A stretch of 63,731 nt of DNA, the filler included, from Octopus bimaculoides (taxonomy: Eukaryota): the NCBI RefSeq assembly GCF_001194135.2. It is 4 parts of 3 records of this genome, joined end to end, with 100 filler letters (N's around TTAATTAATTAA, not from the genome) between each part and the next. Parts side by side here need not be neighbours in the genome. Positions count along the whole stretch, not along the records: positions 13,771 to 42,381 come from NC_068986.1; positions 42,482 to 61,693 come from NC_068986.1; 2 more parts are not named here. The stretch is one strand, 5' to 3'. The notes under the pieces are model-generated. The model was not told where the DNA came from and did not search any database. It saw only the letters and a list, made by a program, of their open reading frames with translations. The position numbers were made by a program, and so were the translations under genes. Within the stretch, counting starts at the first letter, position 1; each line of letters starts with the position of its first letter. Shown one piece after another: positions 37,669 to 51,183 of the stretch.

Positions 37669-39352
37669 TATATATATACATTCCCGTACAATTTCGAAGG
37701 AAAATTTGGATTATCCTAATTTTGTGCTACAGAAGCAATTATTTAAAGGAAAGAGTTTTAAGCTTAGTTAATAATATCAGAACTTTTCTTTGACTCTCTA
37801 TATTATCAGAATCCCTAACACTGCTTCGCTTAAAACCAAAACGTTTCCTCACAAAATATGTATCGGCTACACACATTTGGGAACTTAATTAGCATTGCGA
37901 GACTTTTCGTTGCTGATAGCATTTCCAGTTCAAAAGGTTAGTTTTAATTTGGCACATTTTGTGAAGGCCAAACATACCAGTGGCCAGTCTTTTGAATTAC
38001 AAACGAATTGAAACTTTAGAGCCTTATCAAGCTGGAGGTGATTCATAACACAGTATTTCTTCTGTTAATGGGGATGCAGCTTGATGCCATATTAAAATTA
38101 ATGAAGGTATTGATCTTGTTGCGGATAGGGATAAATGGTGAAATCAGATTGGCTTCTGTCGAGGGCACATTATCTTCTAAGCTGCAGTCTTCACACAGAA
38201 TCGGGCGAGGATGTCAAACAGGAAATACATCTAATTGAAGATAAAATATCTTAAAACAATTTAGAATCTCCAGAGAGAAATGTTCGTTAGAACGATCTTA
38301 AAATAAAGTAATAATAATACCATAGCGCATTCGAGAATTTATATCTTAGAGGTACACATCAAAAATGTATATACTCGGAATGGCATTCTCTTGTTAAACA
38401 ATAGGAAGTTTAATTCAAACAAGATATTTATAAATATTCATGAAACGAAAAATCTATTTGATTTAAGCGTACTGTTGTGTAAATATTGAAATGTGAAATG
38501 TTTCCACTAATGACTTGCAAGGTTTGAAAGCAGAACCAATGAATGCTTGTCATTTAAAAGAGTTATTAATCCAATAACAGTAAACCTGATGTTCATACAT
38601 GCGCGCACGCGCACACATATATTTATTTGCTCTATGTGCACGCATGTGTACATATGTGTGAGTATACCCACAAATATACTCACATACACACACACACAAA
38701 ACCATAAAAATTCCGACACATACACGCGCACTCTCTATCTCTCTATTTTTCTTTCACATACATGTAACAAAAGAACTGAACGGCAAGCAAATAAGTAATG
38801 GAGGAATAATTTATTTACAACAGGTTTGAACGCATTTTCTCATGCGGCCGTGTTCGAAAGATTTGACAATTTAAATTATTATAAAGGTATGCTTTTAATT
38901 ATAGTCAGGTGAGAATTCAGTGTTTCTGATTCTACTGAGAGGAAAGGGGAAAACGTGACGTGCCCACAACACGGACGCTGCTGTGAATATATGCACATAA
39001 TAGACGGAAATAAGGTGAAGCCGGTGTCGAAATGGCAAAAGTTTACATCTACAACAACACGAGATTTTAGCATTTTACAAAATTAGAACGCAAATAGTAA
39101 AAATCCCAACATCCAGTTCGGTCAACACAATACTTGAATTCGAATTCTTTTATAGGAAATGGCATATGGACAAAAATATTGATATACTCGGGATTTGAAC
39201 TGAAACTGTAGAGGAGAGGATCGAATACAGCGAGACGTTCTTTTTCAATAAACTTATCACTCTGTGTCTGATTCTTCTCTCTCCACACAAACACACACAT
39301 GTATGTAGGTATATACAAACATACAAACATACATACATGCATACATAAATAC

Positions 39353-39383
<31 letters not shown>

Positions 39384-40009
39384 CACACACACATATGTAT
39401 ATATANNNNNNNNNNNNNNNNNNNNNNNNNNNNNNNNNNNNNNNNNNNNNNNNNNNNNNNNNNNNNNNNNNNNNNNNNNNNNNNNNNNNNNNNNNNNNNN
39501 NNNNNNNNNNNNNNNNNNNNNNNNNNNNNNNNNNNNNNNNNNNNNNNNNNNNNNNNNNNNNNNNNNNNNNNNNNNNNNNNNNNNNNNNNNNNNNNNNNNN
39601 NNNNNNNNNNNNNNNNNNNNNNNNNNNNNNNNNNNNNNNNNNNNNNNNNNNNNNNNNNNNNNNNNNNNNNNNNNNNNNNNNNNNNNNNNNNNNNNNNNNN
39701 NNNNNNNNNNNNNNNNNNNNNNNNNNNNNNNNNNNNNNNNNNNNNNNNNNNNNNNNNNNNNNNNNNNNNNNNNNNNNNNNNNNNNNNNNNNNNNNNNNNN
39801 NNNNNNNNNNNNNNNNNNNNNNNNNNNNNNNNNNNNNNNNNNNNNNNNNNNNNNNNNNNNNNNNNNNNNNNNNNNNNNNNNNNNNNNNNNNNNNNNNNNN
39901 NNNNNNNNNNNNNNNNNNNNNNNNNNNNNNNNNNNNNNNNNNNNNNNNNNNNNNNNNNNNNNNNNNNNNNNNNNNNNNNNNNNNNNNNNNNNNNNNNNNN
40001 NNNNNNNNN

Positions 40010-40440
40010 AGTTTCGAGCCCCTCCTGGTTTGCGAAAGTTATGTCTCCCAAATCATTCTGTAAACTACGAAGTAAATTGTAGTCTGAAGGAGCAAGGTCG
40101 AGAGAACAAGGTAGATGTGGAATTTTTCCCCAACCAAGGTCTTCGATATTCTCTGATGTGATCTTTGCAATGTGGGGTCGCGCATTGTCCTGATGAAACA
40201 TCATTCCTTTTCGATTCACTGAAGCGGGACTTTTTTTCTTCAAAGCTTGGTTCAAACGCTCCAATTGCTGACAGTAGACTTGAACATTGATTGCTACATT
40301 AGACGGTAACCATTCGAAGTGAATTACTCCTTTGCAATCCCACCATATAGAGAGAAGAACCTTTTTTCCGATGAAGTTCTCTTCTCGATCGTGGTTGCGC
40401 TTTTTTCCCTTTTACAATACCACTGTTTACGACGTTTAAC
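40010..40440 (-). mobile_element. Mariner (DD34D) transposase fragment
   Basis: FHQDNARPH...PHLPCSLDLAPSDY has D-34-D spacing. Upstream frameshifted VKRRKQW and WWDCKG-like segments. Confidence 0.9.
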
Positions 40441-40973
40441 ATTTCAATAGAAATATATATATACATATATCAGAATATATAATTTTCGACATATAGCTCA
40501 TAATTAAATACTGATGAACATATTTCATTAAAATAAACATTGTAAATATGTAATTACATAACTGTAATAGGACTGTTCATTTAAATTAGATGTGTATTAA
40601 TCAAATTCATTTAGAATATTACGCGTTGTATCCAACAGGAAAAAATTGTTACTGCTTGGAAAACATTGAAATAATGAAACATTTTTAGCAGTATGTGTGA
40701 AATGTATGAGCAACTGCATATATATATTGAAGAGAATTCTATATTGTAGACACTTATCCAAGTAGTAAACTAGAGTGTCGACAATTCTGGATCTTAGACG
40801 ATTTTTTTACGATTATTTCATTTCGAGATGTGCATAGAGTGAGTGCTTTTGCAATATTTGTGTTCTTTTACATCATTGCTCATTCTTTATTTATGTGCAT
40901 TCCTTCTTCTATATCAATACTTATTCGTGTTGTAAACCCATTTTAGCACGTAGAAGCAAGATAATTTAATTTT

Positions 40974-41023
<50 letters not shown>

Positions 41024-41195
41024 GCCACTGTAAGTAGGCATTCGGTAGTTTTTGTATCGGCGCCACAATAATAACGTATGTCACTGCCATTTTGTATAGA
41101 CACCACTATAACTTTGTTCGCATAAATGTGTGTGTAGGCATTTCTAGATGTTGCTATATCTTTACAAAATGATAATACGTATGTGGAGTCGCAAT

Positions 41196-41518
41196 GGCGC
41201 AATGGCCCAGTCGTTAGGGCAGCGGACTCGTGGTCGTAGGATCGTGGTTTCGATTCCCAGACCGGGTATTGTGAGTGTTTATTGAGCAAAAACACATAAA
41301 GCACCACGAGGCGCCGGCAGGGCATGGCGGCGAACCCAGCTGTACTCTTTCACCACGACTTTCCCTTACTCTTTCTTCCTGTTTCTGTTGTACCTGTATT
41401 TCAAAGGGTCAGCCTGGTCACACTCTGTCTCCCGCTGAATCTCCCCAAGAACTACGTTAAGGATACACGTGTCTGTGGAGTGCTCAGCCACTTGCACGTT
41501 AATTTCACGAGCACACTG
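41196..41518 (+). mobile_element. tRNA-derived SINE family C, 3'-truncated
   Basis: ggcgcaatggcccagt.gttagggcagcgg...ggtttcgattcccagaccggg (A and B boxes). Confidence 0.85.
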
Positions 41519-42346
41519 TCATCTCAAAATTTATACACATAGGATGTTTCCTTACACAATCATTTTGACCAGTGATCTTCGCATTTAAGAGAAACCATTA
41601 ACATATTATAACATGTAGTTTGATATTAATAACATAGTATTGCTGACTCCGCAACGGCAATTAGTAATGCAAATGTAATCAGTTTTTTTTCGATTCAAGT
41701 CATTACAAAATGTCATTCGTTTAACTGTAAAAAACACACGATATATATACAAATACGAATGTGCGTGTTTGGTGGGTGTGTATGTATTTGTATATACATA
41801 CGTTTACTATGCATCGTATATCTTGTATATAAGGGCAATTATTTTTTTTGTTTTTGCATTTTTGACGACAAGTCCCGATTTCATATGAAGCATTGAAACA
41901 CTTTAGACATTCGCAATAAGATGAGAAATGATTTACGATGGGGCTTGTACGTTTCATAATATTCAAGAAACGGCAATGATAGCAGAAAAGGAACGTAAAC
42001 AAATATTTTAGTAATGATTATTAACATGATCCTCGGTCATACAATTACATAAGTGAGACGAAATAAACAGAATCGATTTTGGAGGTTCACTAGTTCTGAT
42101 AGTGCTCTGATATTTTCATTATTCAAAGAATTTGGTTTACTGGAGAGCGTGTGACTAAATCATAAATTCCATAAACAGCAACAATAGAACAACACTAGAA
42201 TTTAATATAACCTCCCAATGCATATGCTTTGATTGAGAAATTTAATGCTTTAAATTTTGTATATATACAGTTCCTGATTATCTCAAGCTGTGCATAGACA
42301 TACAAACATGCATGCATATATATATATGTGTGTGTATGTGTGTGTC

Positions 42347-42381
<35 letters not shown>

Positions 42382-42481
42382 NNNNNNNNNNNNNNNNNNN
42401 NNNNNNNNNNNNNNNNNNNNNNNNNTTAATTAATTAANNNNNNNNNNNNNNNNNNNNNNNNNNNNNNNNNNNNNNNNNNNN

Positions 42482-42539
<58 letters not shown>

Positions 42540-42659
42540 CACACACATACATATATATATGATTTGATCTGAGATGATCTGATTTGGTCTAATCACAGCT
42601 CACGAGCTGTGACAATGCTGGGGCACCGCCATTGGTGTTGCTACATAATTTTAATTCAC

Positions 42660-44085
42660 TAATTCTTTTAGAAATTGACGTTTGGTACATGAGAGAGTTC
42701 TATGCCGCTGCCCTCAGCTGCGCTTCCTGCTGTTAACTTGGTTTATCTGGGACACTTAGAAAGAGGTCTAGTTTGGCTTTGAAAACACCTACATCTACCC
42801 TATGTAGGCCTCTCAGGTCCTTCAGGAGGGTATTGAATAGCTGTGGGCCTTTAAAACCCAGGCTGTTGAAATATATTTTCCTATATCTTGATGATAAATT
42901 CGGAGTCTTTGAGACCATGCAGTGGCGCTCTGTTCTATCATTAGTGTAATTCTCGATGCCAAATTTCGGGACAAGTCCCTCTATGATCTTCTACATGTAT
43001 ATAATGGCATATATTTCTCGTCTACGGTCTAGAGAATAGAGTCTCAATCTCTTGAGTCTTTCCCAGTAGCTTATATACTGCATAGAAGCTATCTTCGTGT
43101 AGCATCGTTGGATTGTCTTAAGTTCTGCAATTAATTTTACAGTGGATGGTGACCATACCTGGGAGCAATAGTCAAAGTTGTTTCGGACAAGTATCCTCCA
43201 GAGGATCATCATGGTTTCCAATGTATTTAATTGGTATTGTATTTAGTTTTGCATGCTGATAGCACAATGCTTGAAACTTTTTAGCATTAAACTACATGCT
43301 ATTCTTAGTCCACTTGTATATTTCATTGAACTCACATTGCAGGTGTATAGCGTTTCAGGGTTCTGTATCTACTGTGAGACTTTGGTATCATCTGTATAAC
43401 TTGTGCTCGTGACACTCTGAGAGAGCCATTATGAACAGTAGTGGTCCCAAAACAGTGCCTTGCGGAACACCACTCATTATTTGTGTGTCAATGAAGGTGG
43501 CCCCATTGGCTACTGCCACCTGACTTCTATCTTTCAGAAAGGCATGCAGTCATTCTCCCAATTTCCCGACTATACCGAGATCACGTAGTTTGTGACATAT
43601 CATTCCATAATCGAGCTTATCGAAGGCCTTTGCAAACTTGAAATATATCACATTCACATTCGAGTGGTTAAGCAGCTGTTTCAACTACCGGTCATGGTAT
43701 TGTAAGAGCTGAGTCAGGCATATTCTTCCTGGCTGGAAACCATGTTGGGCGTCAGTCAGCAAATCACTTTACTCAAGGAAGGTGATTAGTTTTCTTCTGA
43801 CTATTCGTTCTACGACTTTGCTGATGTGCGAGGTTAGAGAGATTGCCCTGTAGTTTTTGACATCTGCTCTGATACCTCCTTTATGCATAGGGCATACTTT
43901 TCTTTCCTTCAGCTTTCTTGGAAGTTTGCCATTTGCAAGGAAGCTCTAGAAGAGGGGCAGCAGTGGTCTTGTTAGGACTCGCTTATATGCTTTTAAAGGG
44001 ATTGCTGGGAATCCATCAGAGCCAGTAGCTGAGATCGGGTTCATTTCATCTATAGCTCTTATTACATCGTCTTCTTTTATATTGC
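42660..44085 (-). mobile_element. Decayed CR1-clade LINE ORF2 (RT and C-terminus), 5'-truncated
   Basis: Fragments read SATGSDGFP, NYRAISLTSHISKVVER, QHGFQPGR, FAKAFDK, SGVPQGTVLGPLLF, YTDD, DYCSQVWSP and YWERLKRLRLYSLDRRRE. Confidence 0.92.
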
Positions 44086-44863
44086 ATGGCCGTAGTCTAA
44101 TGACTAAAACACATAAAAGAATAAAAGAATATATATACATATATACATACATATTTATGTATATATGTATGTATGTATGTATATATATATATATATATNN
44201 NNNNNNNNNNNNNNNNNNNNNNNNNNNNNNNNNNNNNNNNNNNNNNNNNNNNNNNNNNNNNNNNNNNNNNNNNNNNNNNNNNNNNNNNNNNNNNNNNNNN
44301 NNNNNNNNNNNNNNNNNNNNNNNNNNNNNNNNNNNNNNNNNNNNNNNNNNNNNNNNNNNNNNNNNNNNNNNNNNNNNNNNNNNNNNNNNNNNNNNNNNNN
44401 NNNNNNNNNNNNNNNNNNNNNNNNNNNNNNNNNNNNNNNNNNNNNNNNNNNNNNNNNNNNNNNNNNNNNNNNNNNNNNNNNNNNNNNNNNNNNNNNNNNN
44501 NNNNNNNNNNNNNNNNNNNNNNNNNNNNNNNNNNNNNNNNNNNNNNNNNNNNNNNNNNNNNNNNNNNNNNNNNNNNNNNNNNNNNNNNNNNNNNNNNNNN
44601 NNNNNNNNNNNNNNNNNNNNNNNNNNNNNNNNNNNNNNNNNNNNNNNNNNNNNNNNNNNNNNNNNNNNNNNNNNNNNNNNNNNATATATACCCACACACA
44701 CAGCCGGATGTATATATGTATATGTGTATGTATCCCTGAATCTAGAAATGTTTATATATGAGGCTTCAAAACAAAAACAAGTGATAAAAGTATATTAGGT
44801 TCAAATAGATGGTGTGTAAATATTAACGTATGCGTTTACCTGGGCTTGTCAGTGAGTCTGTTA

Positions 44864-44894
<31 letters not shown>

Positions 44895-45910
44895 TGTGTG
44901 TGTGTTAGTGTTTGTGTGTGTATATATGGGTGGGTGTTTGTATGTGTGTGGATTCAACGCAATATATGCGTGTCACTTCAACATTTCAACGTTTCCTTTA
45001 TACGTTTGTACATTATTTAAACATGTTTTGTCTTTCGGAAATTCCAAATAATTCTTATCTGTTTGGTTATCAGCCAAGCTTTTTACATGATGAACATTAA
45101 CATATACAAAAATTACGTGTGGTCCTCAGTCATTCGGTGCTCCTGGTCTATATCATATATACATACATATATATGTGTGTGTATGTGTGTGTATATGTGT
45201 GTGTATACACATAAGTATATGCATATATAAATATATTTATATACACATATATGTATATGTCTATGTATGCATATATATAAGTGAGTGCATATATGCATAT
45301 ATAAGTGCATATATGTATGTATAAGTGTATGAATATGGATACAGGCAAACGCTCATATTCATATGTATGTACATACGGATCACATACAGATGTAAGATAG
45401 TGAATATATGTGCATGCGCGCGTGTATGCGTGTACGTGGTGTGTGTGCGTGTGTGTGAGTGTGTGAGTGTGTGTGTGTGTGAGTGTGTGTGTGTATGTGC
45501 GTGCGCGCGTCTTTTCAAATACGTATATATGTCCGCACCTATAATCATATATGATATATATAAATATATATACATTTATATATGTATATATATATACATA
45601 TATATATATATACAAATGTATACATACGTAAGCATATATACATACATATATATANNNNNNNNNNNNNNNNNNNNNNNNNNNNNNNNNNNNNNNNNNNNNN
45701 NNNNNNNNNNNNNNNNNNNNNNNNNNNNNNNNNNNNNNNNNNNNNNNNNNNNNNNNNNNNNNNNNNNNNNNNNNNNNNNNNNNNNNNNNNNNNNNNNNNN
45801 NNNNNNNNNNNNNNNNNNNNNNNNNNNNNNNNNATATATATGCTCGTACACACATTATATTTATGTTCGGGTCAATTTTCAACTGGTGTTCATATGCACT
45901 TAGTTGCCGC

Positions 45911-45954
<44 letters not shown>

Positions 45955-46019
45955 GTGTCAATCAATCTCTTTATCTATATATGTAGAAGAATACGTAGAT
46001 AGATAGATACGTAGATAAG

Positions 46020-46092
<73 letters not shown>

Positions 46093-46149
46093 GTCATAAT
46101 ATTTGATTTCTTAATACATTTTTCTTAGGTAGATTTTTGTTTATTCATT

Positions 46150-46200
46150 ACAATTATACTTACCTACGAAACGAAAGAGAATGACGTGAATGATGGAGTA
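46150..46200 (-). promoter_or_regulatory. Juxtaposed 3'/5' splice site (recursive-splice-site-like), or alternatively a 37-nt exon at 46164-46200
   Basis: Minus strand reads cattctctttcgtttcgtAG|GTAAGT. A second acceptor (gtctctcag) lies 37 nt upstream. Confidence 0.4.
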
Positions 46201-46600
46201 CTGAGAGACATAACCATACAGACAGAAGTAGATACGGAGAGATGGAGAACACGAGATTTCTCTTTCTAGAGTAGTAATTGTATCAATGTATTCATGTACG
46301 TAGGAATATATGCATTTATATCCATATGTTTGTGTGCGTGTGTGTGTGTTTATGCATACACTGAAACACACACGCATACAATCTCACGTGCGCTCTCGCA
46401 TGCACATAAACATATATATATGATTGATTAACCTTGCTCTTATTATGCTTCATCACGTCTTGTTTTAAACATTTCATAATCAACAATTGATTAAAACATT
46501 GGATCAGTTCATCTGCAACCTTTCGTTCTCTCTGGTCGGCTAAATTCTGCGTTGTTTTTTCAATACATAGAACTTTATAAATCTACTAAGCACGCCCCAC

Positions 46601-46732
46601 CTCGACTTCCTGTTGTTCCTTCCCGGAGTATTTTAGTGTTGCTGTGCCATTATTTGTATAGATTATGCAGAATCGGAAATTTGTGCTGGGAAACGTTTTA
46701 GCAGATTTCCCACTAAGGTAATTTTCAAATAT
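46601..46732 (-). CDS. Candidate 132-nt exon (phase 0 to 0), possibly the degenerate zinc-motif region
   Basis: Acceptor catttgcttcactacag, weaker donor gtgggg. Translates IFENYLSGKSAKTFPSTNFRFCIIYTNNGTATLKYSGKEQQEVE, which aligns without gaps to the ADAMTS segment LGxAxxGxxCxxxRSCSxxEDxGLxxAFTxAHELGH at G, R, C, I, NG and E. Confidence 0.4.
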
Positions 46733-46789
46733 CTGTAGTGAAGCAAATGCACCCCCTTGTTTTCGTGACGGAATCCTACAAGCTGTTGT

Positions 46790-47030
46790 GGTTGTGCGTG
46801 GTTTAGTGATTTGAGTATTAGACGAGTAATCGTAATATCGTAGTTTCGATTCCTGGACTGAGAGACGCGTTGTGTTCTTGAGCAAAACGCTTCATTTCAC
46901 TTTGCCCCTGTCCAATCAGCGTCAAAAATGAGTAATTCTGCGACAGACCGGCGTCCCGTCCTGGCTGAGAATGCATACGCCACGTAACCGGGAAACCGGC
47001 CCTTATGAACAGATATGACTCGAGAAGGTA
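46790..47030 (+). mobile_element. tRNA-derived SINE family D
   Basis: gcgtggtttagtg...gtttcgattcctggac...gttgtgttcttgagcaaaac.cttcatttcac. Confidence 0.65.
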
Positions 47031-48065
47031 ACTTAACTTAAAACCCTACAAGTGACCTTATTTAGAATGACGTAGGAACCAGATATTGGGTGTTGCCTTA
47101 TTTAGTCTCAATAAAACTCCAAAGAAACAGTGGAGGAAATTCCTCTAAACCAGTGAAGCAGAAGTTAACTGGTAAATGTCTGGATTGGAGATGAGAAAGA
47201 GAATCAAAACTGGTTTGGTCTGTGTGTCATTAAGCAATGTGTGTGGAAGGTGGGGGATGAAATTAACTGATGCATAGATTCAATGGTGTATATAGTGCGT
47301 TTGTGTTGGTTTGTGATTCGTGTATAGGAAGAAATTCAGTTTGCAAACGATCTAGTCTTTGTATTTGTAGATAAGAAAAGATTGCGAGTCAGAAAAAGGC
47401 TTGAGTATTACGCTCACTAGGGACGATGATTGCCGAGGTGCGGAGCAACAAATTAGAAAGTTTGCCTTAGTTTGCTCAGAAGTACGTTCGAAGAGTTGTT
47501 GATATTTGCAGGAAATACAAAGGTGATGGTAGCAGATGTATTTGAAGGAGTACTGGGGAAAGCTCAAGACAGAGTAACTGAAAGATTTTGGTACTGATAT
47601 CCAGGTGAGACAGAGGAGCATCCGAGAGAACAGCTTCCTGATATGTGCAAACAGCACATTTCAAGCAGACGTTTAATTAACGTTTTGCCTGTCGAAAGTA
47701 TTTAAAAAGTTTTATCGTAAATTTCCATGCTTCTTTTCAAATTTGTTTAGCTCTGGTTTTACACATTCTGAGTAACACAAAGCTTCTTTTTCATAAGCTT
47801 CAAATTACTCAGGTAATTGAAAACAAGATGGAATTATGTATCATATATGATGCATGAACGCCTGACGACATTACTTGTGACGTCATACAGAATAACACTA
47901 GTTCGATGAAACTAGCCGAATGTTGTACATCAAATGGCTGTAAATTTGAGGAAAACCTTAGAGTACATATGCACAGGAAATATTTTGACTCCACTGCATT
48001 TTTCACTTCTGAAAAAACACATGAGGATAAATATATTTGTGAATTACTAACGTCACGTCTTGGTG

Positions 48066-48150
48066 GACCTTGGTTCTATGATACTCTATAACCACGCCCC
48101 GCTTTCACGCTCTGTAAATGTATAACTCTCTCAATGAATATATATATATA
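48066..48150 (+). repeat. ~85-bp dispersed direct repeat ending in (TA)n; second copy at 49574-49657
   Basis: gacctt.gttctatgatact.tataaccacgcc...cgctctgtaaatgtata..ctctcaatgaa(ta)n. Confidence 0.8.
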
Positions 48151-48769
48151 TATATATANNNNNNNNNNNNNNNNNNNNNNNNNNNNNNNNNNNNNNNNNN
48201 NNNNNNNNNNNNNNNNNNNNNNNNNNNNNNNNNNNNNNNNNNNNNNNNNNNNNNNNNNNNNNNNNNNNNNNNNNNNNNNNNNNNNNNNNNNNNNNNNNNN
48301 NNNNNNNNNNNNNNNNNNNNNNNNNNNNNNNNNNNNNNNNNNNNNNNNNNNNNNNNNNNNNNNNNNNNNNNNNNNNNNNNNNNNNNNNNNNNNNNNNNNN
48401 NNNNNNNNNNNNNNNNNNNNNNNNNNNNNNNNNNNNNNNNNNNNNNNNNNNNNNNNNNNNNNNNNNNNNNNNNNNNNNNNNNNNNNNNNNNNNNNNNNNN
48501 NNNNNNNNNNNNNNNNNNNNNNNNNNNNNNNNNNNNNNNNNNNNNNNNNNNNNNNNNNNNNNNNNNNNNNNNNNNNNNNNNNNNNNNNNNNNNNNNNNNN
48601 NNNNNNNNNNNNNNNNNNNNNNNNNNNNNNNNNNNNNNNNNNNNNNNNNNNNNNNNNNNNNNNNNNNNNNNNNNNNNNNNNNNNNNNNNNNNNNNNNNNN
48701 NNNNNNNNNNNNNNNNNNNNNNNNNNNNNNNNNNNNNNNNNNNNNNAGTTATTGAATATAGATTTTAAC

Positions 48770-49165
48770 AGGAGTGGCTGTGTGGTAAGTAGCTTGCTTA
48801 CCAACCACTTGGTCTCGGGTTCAGTCCCACGTGGTACCTTGGACGAGTGTCTTCTACTATAGCCTCGGGCCGACCAAAGCCTTGCGAGTGGATTTGGTAG
48901 ACGGAAACTGAAAGAAGCCCGTCGTATATATGTATATATATATATGTATGTGTGTGTCTGTATTTGTCACCCCAACATCGCTTGACAACTGATGCTGGTG
49001 TATTTAGGTCCCCGTAACTTAGCGGTTCGGCAAAAGAGAACGATAAAATAAGTACTAGACTTCCAAAGAATAAGTCCTCGGGTCGATTTGATTCGACTAA
49101 AGGTGGTGCTCCAGCATGGCCGCAGTTAAATGACTTAAGCAAGTAAAAGAGTAAAAGAGTAAATT
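48770..49165 (+). mobile_element. Near full-length SINE family B with a CORE-like segment
   Basis: ggagtggctgtgtggtaag...gggttcagtcccac...ccttggacgagtgtcttctactatagc...aagtaaaagagtaaaagagt. Confidence 0.9.
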
Positions 49166-50943
49166 TTTTTATGAAACCACAAGGTCATATGGATCCTTAA
49201 GGGTCAAATGAACCTGGTTGAGAACTACCGGTTTCAAACAAGAAGTTTGTATCGTAAAACCAAAGGCAGTCTTGAGCAGTTTGTGGAACGCTCTACTTCG
49301 CTATTTTCTTTGCTGCCACCATTGTTGAGAGATAAATAAATCACATATTGCTGTTTAAAATAATGAAGAGAGGGTTGTATGAGTTTATTGTTCCTGCAGC
49401 AAGCAAGAAAATTCTGACATTCTCTCGATTTCCTGTAACTCAGACTGACTCACGGTCCCAGCAGACAAAATGAAAAAAGGCGTTGCTCAGGAGGAAGGTG
49501 AAGGAGATGAACTGGAAACTCACGGGACTGGCACATTAGATTTAACCATTTTGATAGCAAAGTATCTGAGATTGACCTTCGTTCTATGATACTTTATAAC
49601 CACGCCACACTCTCTCGCTCTGTAAATGTATAGCCCTCTCAATGAATATATATATATAATAAAGTAAAGTTGTGGCATACCGTACGAGTGGAAATATATA
49701 TGAAAGAAGGTTTGAAAATGTACTTATTTAAAAAATATTTATTTACTTAACCGGTTTCACTTTTTTAGAAAACGATTATCAAAAGTCTTTGAGAATAATA
49801 AAAAATGTTAAAAAACAGTTTGAGTATCAAAATGCATATATACATTCTTTGATGATAAAATATATTTAAAGTATAAAGCTTTGTATGAACTTTGTAGTGT
49901 TACATACTGATTATCACACATTCTCTGATAATAAGATGAAAATGTTAAAAACAGTGTCTGAANNNNNNNNNNNNNNNNNNNNNNNNNNNNNNNNNNNNNN
50001 NNNNNNNNNNNNNNNNNNNNNNNNNNNNNNNNNNNNNNNNNNNNNNNNNNNNNNNNNNNNNNNNNNNNNNNNNNNNNNNNNNNNNNNNNNNNNNNNNNNN
50101 NNNNNNNNNNNNNNNNNNNNNNNNNNNNNNNNNNNNNNNNNNNNNNNNNNNNNNNNNNNNNNNNNNNNNNNNNNNNNNNNNNNNNNNNNNNNNNNNNNNN
50201 NNNNNNNNNNNNNNNNNNNNNNNNNNNNNNNNNNNNNNNNNNNNNNNNNNNNNNNNNNNNNNNNNNNNNNNNNNNNNNNNNNNNNNNNNNNNNNNNNNNN
50301 NNNNNNNNNNNNNNNNNNNNNNNNNNNNNNNNNNNNNNNNNNNNNNNNNNNNNNNNNNNNNNNNNNNNNNNNNNNNNNNNNNNNNNNNNNNNNNNNNNNN
50401 NNNNNNNNNNNNNNNNNNNNNNNNNNNNNNNNNNNNNNNNNNNNNNNNNNNNNNNNNNNNNNNNNNNNNNNNNNNNNNNNNNNNNNNNNNNNNNNNNNNN
50501 NNNNNNNNNNNNNNNNNNNNNNNNNNNNNNNNNNNNNNNNNNNNNNNNNNNNNNNNNNNNNNNNNNNNNNNNNNNNNNNNNNNNNNNNNNNNNNNNNNNN
50601 NNNNNNNNNNNAAAACGATCGAAAATCAATTCTATTCAAAAATATAGCTAATCTTCAGGTCAAAATGCAACAATAATAATAATAAAAGAATGTATATATC
50701 AACCAACAATAAATAACAAATGAATGTATATAAAAATACTTATTATATTAAGATAGAAAAATATTATTAAAGGTTTCAAAAATTATAAACTATAAACGTT
50801 AGTTTATATTATAATAAACGCAAAGGAAATTATGGCACGGTAAGATTTACATGCTTGCTATGCATGAGGTAGTTATACATGCCTGATGTGTACAAATGGT
50901 TCTGTGATATGTAGAGACGTCCGCACTATGAAAGTAATTCGGC

Positions 50944-50944
<1 letters not shown>

Positions 50945-50976
<32 letters not shown>

Positions 50977-51019
50977 TGATGATGATAACAACAACAACAA
51001 CAACCACAACAACAACAAC

Positions 51020-51050
<31 letters not shown>

Positions 51051-51100
51051 GTAATGATGATGATGATAACAACAACAACAACAACCACAACAACAACAAC

Positions 51101-51182
<82 letters not shown>

Positions 51183-51183
51183 T
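50945..51183. repeat. Compound (AAT)/(GAT)/(AAC) microsatellite with a higher-order duplication
   Basis: The block (aat)n-gatgatgatgat-(aac)n-cac-(aac)n occurs twice. Confidence 0.9.

Noticed and set aside
47350-47690. GC-richer coding-looking stretch
   Set aside because: The plus-strand reading is interrupted by stops and shows no recognisable motif; probably an old TE relic.
49454-49565. Two gtgagt donors with short open segments
   Set aside because: No family similarity and ambiguous phases.
49742-49790. GAAACCGGUU palindrome with UUGAUAA upstream (-)
   Set aside because: The core is doubly mutated and stem II is absent.
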